Shown here: positions 49,508 to 64,000 of the stretch, one piece after another | How positions within the stretch are numbered: the first letter of the stretch is position 1 | Layout: the number at the start of each line of letters is the position of its first letter | NCBI GenBank assembly: GCA_964199315.1 | Contig: OZ116712.1 | Coordinates: forward strand, 20,832,001-20,896,000 | DNA length: 64,000 nt | From: Orbicella franksi | Lineage: Eukaryota | Direction of reading: 5' to 3' | Position numbers and translations under genes: made by a program | The notes under the pieces: generated by a model | Told to the model about the DNA's origin: nothing | Databases searched by the model: none | What the model saw: only the letters and a program-made list of their open reading frames with translations

Positions 49508-52130
49508 TTAGGTATATACCACCCCCTTGCATGATCCTTTGGTTTCCTCAGAAGGCAATAACTTTTCTCTTTCTCCAACCACATGTACATTAACAGGTTT
49601 AACCCAATTCAGCGAAAACATAATGAGAGCGGCAAGGACCGCCACGCCGCCAGTGACATAAAACGATACGCTGTAGCGTTTTGACCCGTCAAAAATCCAC
49701 CCAGCCATGGGTGGACCTAACGTTTTTGGAAACGCCATTAAACAGTACAACGCGCCAATAGCATGCCCAACCTTTTGAACGCCGACGAGGTCTCGCGTGA
49801 TAACGGGCAGTAACATCTCGTAACAACCGTCGAACAAACCAAACGCGAACGCGTACACGCTTATCCACTCGTATTTCGTTGCCACGGTTACAGCAGACGT
49901 GGAGATCCCGATGAAGAGTACTGCCCCTGGGCAGACTAGAAGGCGTTTGAAGCGAGGATAATCACAAAATGTACCGAAGACTAAACTTCCTAACACGCCT
50001 CCAATTGACATGTAACCCGTCAACAATGAGGCTTTGGTACTGCTGACTCCTTTATCTTCTGCAAAGCAAACCTGAAGAAAAGATTAAAGGTGTTGATGAG
50101 GATTCATATTTTTACAAGCAACAACGTGTTCACGTTTTGTGGCGGCTACGCTTCTACCTGGTTTCTAAAACTGGTGTGGCTCCGGCCAACCGCAAAGATA
50201 TATGGTTTATTGACCAAGCGTTAGGTCAAAATGGCTGGATATTGGCCAAGTCCTTTTCTTTTTTGACGTGTGTATGGACCGAAAAGAAGTCGAGGTCCAT
50301 AAAAACGCAAAAAAGAACGAGGTCAATATCTAATCCAGCTATCAAGACCAAACAAGCTTGGTCAATAAAAGATTTATTGTATGGAAAAAAACTCTATTTT
50401 CTTCTGGGACACAGCGGGTAATCCCGAGCGGGTATCCTGCCCACTCAGGAAGCCAATCACAACGCAGGATTCAGTTCATCTTACCCGCCCAAGTAGCTAA
50501 CCATATAGCAAGTATTTTTAACCAATAAAAGAGGGCCAATAGCTATTCTACATTGAAGCAAGAGTAAACTTTACGACGAAAAGTTCATTAGCCACATCTT
50601 GATAGATTTCTGTTACTCGTCACCAGCGAAATGATTGGCCCAATATTGTTACCTTAGAGACATTGTCTGTACACCCTTAGTTCGAAAAATCGGAATTCCA
50701 CTGTAAATCGCTAATCCAGTGAATCGAGTAATCGTTAGATGCTTTTTCGCGTCAGCCACCAACTCCCCCTACCACCCCTCCCGCATTACTCCACGCTCTT
50801 GCATTCCTGCTTCCTTTCAGCCTAGCTTTTCAACCTAACATTGTAGCTCATCTTTGACACAACAAGACACTATGTATGGACAGACGAACAAAGCAACTCA
50901 CCAGATGAACAAAAGGTACAAGAAATACCACCATAAAGGTGCACTGCGCTGCCACCCAGATGACGTAGAATCTGTTGCTAAATATACTAAAGTCGAATTT
51001 CATTGAAGCTTGATTTCTCCCTGTTGCCATGGTTACAGGCGAAAAGGTCAACGCGCTTAAAAGCATCAGACTCTGCAGACCCACGAGAATTCGAAACGTC
51101 GTTGACATGCCAAATTTGGTCGAGAGGAACTCTATCACCGGGCCATAGACGAGGGCCCCCGAGGCAGCGCCTGCTAGAGCTATCCCCGAAGCAAGGGCCA
51201 GGCGCCTTCTGAAGTACTTCGTGAGAATCACAATCGAGGGGAATAAGCCAAGGCTTGCTCCCAGTCCCCAAACTACGCCGTAGGTCGCATATAGAGGCTG
51301 AAGCGTTGTTACAAAGGAGCTGGCGAGAAGGCCTGAGGCTGAGACAAACGACCCAATGATGACGACTATTCGGCTCCCATAACGCTCAGCGAGGGAGGTT
51401 GCAACGGCAGCGAAGAGATACATCGTGCTGGAAGCTAGTGAGGCCACCCAAGCTATCAAATAAAATTAAATATCTCTAGTTATGAATATTGCACAAAACT
51501 ATAGGAGCACTATATGAGTAGTTTTTGCATTTGAGTAGCAAGTGAAGTAAAAACACCTTATTTTACAACAGTACTTAAACAAGTCTTAAATTCGTAGAAT
51601 GTCTTTTTCAAGCTATATGAACAGTCTTGAGTACAATGATCGGTGACGAATTTCCCATAACAATATCAACACAGCGAAAACAAGTGTCGTGAGAAGAGAA
51701 TATCGTCAACAAAGAGATTTTGGCTTAATGCAACACTAGATTCTCAAAATTAAAATCAGAAGAAATGTATGAAGATAAGCAGGGAGATTTAAGGTCCTAA
51801 TCTGGGGACGAAACTGAAACAAGTGTTTTTTTTTTAACTACCACTAACACAATCTTGAATCATGTCTGTCTATGTGTTACCTGTTTCTCCCCTTGGTGTA
51901 GAATACTCTTCCATCAAAGCAGCGTACAGCACCCCTGCGGAGTTTTGTTGTCCAACAGTCAAGAAATTGACCACACAAACACCTAGACAAACAACCCATG
52001 CCCACCCCCCATCGGAAGGGTGATGGTCTTCATTCAGCTCCGTCGCTTCAGGCCTGGGTTGAGATTCCTCTGCATCTGTTCCTTGTATGTTCAAAACCTC
52101 GGAGACATCTTCTTGACCATCACTCGTCAT
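49508..52130 (-). CDS. MFS transporter of the SLC16/monocarboxylate transporter family, MCT10/MCT8-like, 3 exons, 454 aa
   Basis: Exons 52130-51881 (PSDGGWAWVVC, the family N-terminal motif), 51452-50902 (YFRRRLALASGIALAG, the TM4-5 loop signature) and 50071-49508 (GLFDGCY..., LGPPMAGWIFD). Splice sites are GT-AG with phases 1 and 0, 1365 nt in total. TM1 GQQNSAGVLY resembles MCT8/10 rather than MCT1. The exact paralog cannot be assigned. Confidence 0.92.
50215..50510. repeat. Interspersed repeat in intron 2 of the MCT gene
   Basis: ggtcaataaaagatttatt...gcgggtaatcccgagcggg...agccaatcacaacgcaggattc...agctaaccatata, a family recognised from recall. Confidence 0.5.
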
Positions 52131-52954
52131 CTTTAATGAGATATTTTCTTGCTTGAAGTTTGCGAGTTTGTCAATAAATTGCTGCCACTAAGATCAGTAA
52201 CAGTAACATACGGTATATCAACAAAAACAGGAAAGTTCTTTGTGTGTAAAGGAATTGTTTAAAGGACATACGGCAAAGTTCCAATGGTTACGACCCTCGT
52301 ACTTTTGGATTCGTTTTATTATTTAATTTTTTTTTTCATTCTTTACTTTTAGCGGGGTGGAGGTGGGGGCAATACTTCTGGGTAGCTAAATGGGTACCAT
52401 ACCTATCCAACATAATAAAATGAGGGTGTTCTATGTGTAACTAAGAGTGGAAAATGCAAAACGTTGTTGAAGAAAACTATTTTACTATTTTATTATTTTG
52501 CCTTTCCTGCAATATACCCCACGGGCAACCCCGCTTCCCACCCCCCCAGGCATTTGAACTTTTGAAGTGGCCAAAAAAATCTGCAGGTCATATGTGCCTT
52601 TAATACCACGAGAAACCACTAACTTTAATCACAGGCGGCACAAGCTAAGTCCAGCGGTGAGATGATTATCTTACGTAATAGCGGTCATGTTTGAATGAGA
52701 ATATTCACGATCGGTCTTAAGAAGTAAGAAATACTGTCAAGTTGTCAATAAAAATTTCTCTCCTTACTTCCGAAGAGTATCGCTTGTTGGCTGACCGCTT
52801 ACTTCGAAGAAACGAGACCATTTTAGCGGGATATCGCTGACTATGTTTCCCCACTCCTAAGAGACGTTTTTTCTCTTGGGAGTGGAATTTTTTTCCCTTT
52901 CTTCCGGTGGGTCAGTTTGACTCGGCCCCGACTACACTACACTTTTCCTTTTTT

Positions 52955-53345
52955 AAAAGAATATTTTCATAAGAATATCGAGGCTGAAATTTAAGAATAA
53001 GCCCGAAAAGAATATAATTTTACATGTTTTTAAATAAACGGTATAAAATTATTCCTTTCTCTAGACGGCAAAACTGGCCAAAAAAAAAGCACCAGCCGTA
53101 TGTCTGATACTAATGACGTTTCTGCAAGAAGTTATGTAGACCTATGTGCGTCTTATCAAGTTTTGATGCCTGCAGGCTGGTTCCAAAATTACTTTAGCAC
53201 CATCCAGACACCAAATACTTTCGAAAACAGAAATGTTATACTCTATAATCTAAGAATATTCAAGAGAACATTTTCAGCCTAAAATCGGCAGAAAAATAAG
53301 AACATTCAGCCTTGGCCGGAACAACAATATTCTTATAAAGAAAAA
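52955..53345. repeat. Interspersed repeat with aagaat...aggctgaaa inverted motifs
   Basis: aagaatatcgaggctgaaat near 52971 is inverted to ttcagcct near 53273 and 53305; the region ends in aatattcttata. Confidence 0.45.
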
Positions 53346-53379
53346 CCAATATTAATCTTATTAAAAAAAAAGAGTGCAA

Positions 53380-53783
53380 TGCGTCTTCGTGTGAAAAAGC
53401 ATACTTTGTGATGCGTTTTCGCCTATCGTCCTCACTAAAACGAACGAAAACGATGTTGAAAACGGAGGCTTTCGAAAACTTTCAAAAGTAGAGCCTTTTG
53501 ACAACGCTCCGTTTCCGCTGCTAGTGTGGATAGGTGAAAAGGGAGGGCTTTGAAAACGATGCCGAGAAAAGCGACATATACTGCCGCCTCCATCAGCGTT
53601 TTCCGACGTTCTAGTATGGACGAAAGGCGAAAACGTCTCAAAAGTATACGTTTTCAAATGAAAACGAATTAGTGTGCACAGGTTGAAAACAAAACAAAAA
53701 CGCTGGCGTGGTCGAAAATATTTTGACTCGTTTTCGTTGAGACGAAAACGGATACTTTTAAAAACGCATTAGTGTGGTCGGGT
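53380..53783. mobile_element. PIF/Harbinger-like non-autonomous element, partial
   Basis: Recurring tagtgtgga-like and gaaaacg motifs at about 53522, 53612, 53670 and 53770, ending aaaacgcattagtgtggtcggg. Confidence 0.55.
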
Positions 53784-56700
53784 GAAGTTCCAAAGCGGTG
53801 TGTTAATTAATTTAGGGCACAGAAATTTGCATAATCGAACGTCACGCAATTCTCAAGCGTTATTTCTTGCTCCAAAAATTCTCAACAAAATAGACTGAAA
53901 ACATTGTCGTCAAACTCGTAATACATGAAACACTAAACAACATTGATGAAACATTTCGCAGTTTTGTTATGTTATCTAGTATAATATTACTGCAGCCAAT
54001 TAAAGTGGATAATACGAGTATGATAAGGTCGCAATCGCTTAACCTTTTTTTACAGCGATCGATCGTAGTGATCATATATCATAAAGAAACCATCCTTAAA
54101 ATATCATTCATTTACAGGTGTTTTGCTTTTTTTAATAACAACTTCCCGTTAGATATACATGACTTTCACAACAACACCGAACGGAATATGGCTCAATTCC
54201 GTGATTCAATTCAACTTCAATGCGTAAAAGCCGGTACTTTAATATCAACTTACCTTCAGAACTGAGACGTTCGATCGTGTCTTCTTCTCTTGCAGATGGG
54301 AGTAAAATGTTCTGAATCCCTTACAGCCCCTTCGCCAAAGAACTTCAAGCGAACAAGGGTTACCTCACATTGAGAAATACACATGCAATTTCTTTCTGCC
54401 TCCGTCCGGGCCGGTCCATCGATCAATAACTCATTCACTAATCAAGTGATTTTCCTCTAACTCTACCCCGGGTACGACGGGATTTTGCTCGCGGGCGATT
54501 TTTCACAAGAGGCAAAACCACATTTTTGACGAATATGTGCCCCACAGCAAATTCAATTTTAAGCGTGTAACTTGTTAGATCTGAAGATATTTTTAATTAA
54601 ACAGAACATTAAATTTTAAGGTGTAAATCAGCCCCGTACCACCCCTCCCAGTTTTCTTCTCGCTCTTCGTCAGCTGATGTGGATCACAAAACAAAAGAAT
54701 TTCTGTTTTCTTTTAATCAAAATGGACAAATGATTTCAGATTCTCCGACAGACTACTTTGGAATATAACTAGTTCTGTGGAAATACGTTGTGCCTGGTGG
54801 AGGAGAGGACACGTGAGCGTACGAAAAACGATTCTGAAAAACAAAAAAACAAAAAAACAAAAACAAAAACAAAAAAACAAAAAACAGGGAAACACTGAAC
54901 GACCCTTCTTGCACTCACTGTCACACAACACCACGCTCTCGTGCTCAAGAACCCTTGCAAGCAGGCTCAGGTTTGGGCCGCACGTGCGAGTGGCGACACT
55001 GCGACTGAGCGTGCCGAAGAGCGGCCCCAGCACTCGTGCCCATTTCACTCGCCAGTGCCCGTGTCCCTCTTGGAATATGTTCCCTCGCTTCTCGCTTCAG
55101 TATAAATTATTACTGGAGCTTGATATAATTCAATCCCTTCCACGCCTTGACTATGAGCCGAACGCAAGCTCCTAGAACGCTATTGGAAAGGTAAAATTGA
55201 ATGCGCATGATTCCGTTTAACCAATCACAGCTCATCACAACATAAATGTCAGTTTCCTTAATCACGGGTTAAGGTTGAAAGAAGAAGAGAAAAGCAGGCA
55301 TTTTTTTTTTTCCTTTTCTTTTCTCTTTATTTCCTTCAGGACGTTGATGTATACGCTTCTGCCTAACCAGACGAAACTCAGACAGCGACAATGGCTTTGC
55401 TTGTTCGAGGTTTGTCATCTTTCCTTTCTCAGTGAAGGAACCTGCTGACGGCGGGGGTGTTGCCACTGGAATGAACTCCATTTGCAAATTAAGTTGATTT
55501 TGAAAACTTGGATTTCAAAGGAAACTGTATATAAAATCTGATAATGTGAGCCTCGAGGCATTTCTAGACCTGCCAAAATGGAATCATTATCCACATCAAT
55601 CCGCGCCATCTTTATTTCATTGCCGGTTTCTTAAATTTCTTGAGTCCTGTATAGGACACCATTCTTGTAAGGATTCCAATTCAGAAGTCTGCTATGTTTT
55701 TTGGCGCGCCACGATGCCAGAAACAGCAAGTCTTCCGGCGTCTCCAAGGACCTCCAAGCTAGAACTATCGAAACTGACTTGATACAAGATGCACGTCTGT
55801 CACATATTATGATCACATGACCGGTAAAAGATGCTAACACAATGACACAATCATTTGATTACATTATTATTTTGCTGTATCGCAAGTGTTCAAGCCTAAC
55901 AGGTAAGCAAGTCACATTTCTTTCATCACTTAAGTTTGTAAGAAAGTGTAAGAATTCAAGTGGCGCATCTTCGTTGAGAAAAAAGGAACAAAAAGCAGTG
56001 CAATATAGCAATGCCAATGAATAGATAAATTTGCATGATTGGCTGGGTTTAAACGGGAAGGCGAATAACGTCTTACGTGCATATTTACTATGAGATGTGT
56101 AACAGGTTAAAAACAAAGAGAATAAGACGAATTTAACTTAAGATAGCAGATATAAACGTTTAATATCTCTACGAAGCACAGAACAGAGCAGTTCGGCGTC
56201 TCTGACAAATATCGCGTCCGAATCAGTAAAACACGGGACATACAAAACGGACTAAATTATTGTCTTTTACTCAATGTGGCGATAAATCATCAGAGAATGA
56301 AAAGGAATCATCTCTTGATAATTTTAAATTCTTATTTGGAGATGCGTTCGTCTGTGGATTTACCTCAATGTTAAACCTCTGCAGCGAGCTATATTTAAAA
56401 ATTATCTTCCCAGCTGGACGCTAAATCCAAACACTTTGGAATAAGTTAAGCCCTACTGTAGTTACAAGTTGCGGCTTAGTATGCGGCAAGAATCAAAATT
56501 AAGAGAGTAAGAAAGAAAATTACGAGTGGTCCGTAGGAAGACATCCGAAATGAGGGTTCAGGCAATGTTTATTTACGCGCGATTCACGGTTATTACGAAT
56601 TTTGCATGACGCTGAAAACAATGTTGATGCAAATTATACTACGTGTAGCTTGCTGGTGGCGTGAAGTTGTTTTTTTAAGACTCTACAGGGAAAAAAAAAA

Positions 56701-57509
56701 CCTTGTTAAATAACAAGCATTGCTGCTCGATTTTTTACAAGTCTCAAATACGTGCGGGTTTTTTAATCTCATTCACAGCGTCCACTGTTTATTTTAACAT
56801 CATCTACCTTTGCATGCAAATTTCTTTCCTGAGGAACAGAGATATATGAAAAGTACATGTCAAATCGATGACGGTTTGTAGAATTTATAGAGTGTTAATT
56901 ATTTCTTGAAAGCTGCGTTATATTTTTAAAATATCTATTCCGGCTTTTAAGAGGAAAAATAGCACTCGATGTAATCTGACATTAGAAGAATAAATCGAAA
57001 AGGACTTTTTAATCCCAGACTTAGTGACATTTAGAATTCAATCCTTCTATGTAAATTCAAAGTTTTTGCCCAAATGTTACGTTGTCTCATTCAGAATCAC
57101 CAAGGATACTTAAAAGAATGAGATATATCTACACTATCACCCGGGTAACTGCTGTGAGCAGAAAAGAGGCTCGCTTTTATTGCAAAAGTGGTAACATCGA
57201 TAAAAACAAAAACGATGATCTTTCCAGTAAACACTATTTTTCGTGAGCGGAACTTTGCGCTGAAGAAATTATACCATATAGGGCAAGAACAGCGAGGCGG
57301 GAATCGGAGAGGAGAGACTCCATTTTCTAGATCACTGCTGCGGATGCGAGGTTTGGTTAAAATATAAGACCAATCTCTTGTTTAAATATTAAATTTTTAC
57401 TACAGAACTGTAGGGTTGTAATGCTTCGAAAATGAAGTACGCTCAACCTCACAAGGTTTCGTTCATCTCCCAATGCAGTGAAAAAATTAAAATCGATGAG
57501 ACGTCGATA

Positions 57510-62792
<5,283 letters not shown>

Positions 62793-63519
62793 CTAAGAAA
62801 CAGGCAAAGAACAGATAGAGCCCAGTTATTCCCAACACAACAGCAACCCAAGAACCTGGGCACGAATTTAAAATTTTCCGCGCTTTCGATCGCGTGACTA
62901 AGCCAGCGATGCAAGCGCTGGGATAAAATTATTGTTCATTTGGAATTCTTACAGGGAGCACGACTGGGTGAGTACCATACACGAAATTTTTCCCGTATTT
63001 AGCTAAGTTACGCTTCTGATTATAACAAAAAGCTGTACTACTGTATTTTGTGAAGCAGTATTAAACGAATCTTAGGAAATAAGGTTCGTTCGTTTTAGAA
63101 GGAAACACTATTGTTCTTTGTAATCATTAAAATGGACTACAGTTCCTTTGTTGTAGCACGCGATCCGTCTAATCATTTTTCCTCGGTTATTGTAACTGTA
63201 ATTTGAATGTCTCTTACGCGTTATTGTACTTTATAAAACTGTTTGGAAGTTCGAATTTGCAAACCCGAGCAGGTAGACTGTCGCACGATTTCAAGGGCGC
63301 ATTTTTATGCTCTTGCACTGTTCTGTGTTTATCATGTTTAGCGTACAATTCTCCAACTAATAAAGGCCAAAATATTAATCGCAATCATTGCTGTTCTTGT
63401 GTTACATATTACTTCTTCACTCATGTTTTTTTGAGTTAGAAATGTACATCTCAAACTCATAATTCATCAAGTTTAAACAAAGGAAATCATGACCGTGACA
63501 GTGCTTGGATATCTGATCT

Positions 63520-63735
63520 TAATTAGGATAGATTTTTACGACTTTATTTCTCCGTTTTCTCCTTAGTTTTAGTTTCGATTGAGAAGATTAATCAAACACT
63601 CAAGGCAGTGTTTGACCACAATTCCAAACACCTCGAAGTTCGTCAAAACTACTCCGCTACGCGTCGTATGTTCACCTCTCTTCTCGGTGTTTCGAAGTGT
63701 CGTCAAACACGGTCTTGAGTGTTTGACATATTACA
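63520..63735. repeat. Interspersed repeat with an internal hairpin
   Basis: tcaaacactcaaggcagtgtttgaccac...aaacacc is inverted to ggtgtttc...gtcaaacacggtcttgagtgtttga. Confidence 0.6.
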
Positions 63736-64000
63736 TACAAGACAGAAAAAAAAAAGCCGGATTACGAAAAAGAATCGCGTTTCAGCTGGTTGCTTGTTGG
63801 TCCAAAAGGAAAGCGTGACTGACCATAAACACTATGAAGAAAAAATGAACCAATATTCAAAACCACTTAACGAACGTTCTCCTGAAACACCAGCAAAGAG
63901 AATTTTCATAATATGAATCCATCAGTGTTAAGCTCGAATTGGGGAATGGGTGCGGGATTGCAGGCTCGGGAGTAGATATAAAGGGTGGTTCATACCAGGA

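Noticed and set aside
55269-55840. Overlapping 60-78 aa ORFs between the MCT gene and ZNF106
   Set aside because: They cannot be joined into a model and show no identifiable homology. A decayed TE is possible but unsupported.

Overview
Eukaryotic, intron-rich, AT-rich animal genomic DNA. The repeat families and the Otx and Gsc sequences point to a cnidarian, probably a stony coral; this is an inference. Almost all ORFs in the supplied track are noise or fragments of exons. Splicing by hand gives five genes with frame-consistent exons. (1) Otx, + strand, 5280-16571, 3 coding exons, 225 aa. (2) PHF10/SAYP-like PBAF subunit, - strand, 31719-19893, 16 exons, 558 aa. It has a SAY domain, a double PHD, and an extra C-terminal Cys4 linker plus a third PHD resembling KMT2A/MLL1 PHD3. 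(3) Goosecoid, + strand, 37909-44048, 3 exons, 201 aa. (4) An SLC16/MCT8-10-like transporter, - strand, 52130-49508, 454 aa. (5) The 3' end of a ZNF106-like WD40/C2H2 gene, - strand, 62792-57510. The main points are: a tight Otx-PHF10-Gsc cluster of K50 homeobox genes around a housekeeping gene; the extended PHD module of PHF10; a strongly CpG-depleted domain over the 5' part of PHF10; unexplained motif arrays between and around these genes (CCATCT, CGCAA, GATC); and a TTAA-inserting palindromic MITE whose empty site survives in an adjacent duplicate. No rRNA, tRNA, CRISPR array or autonomous transposase was seen. No database search was run, and comparisons with known proteins are from recall.
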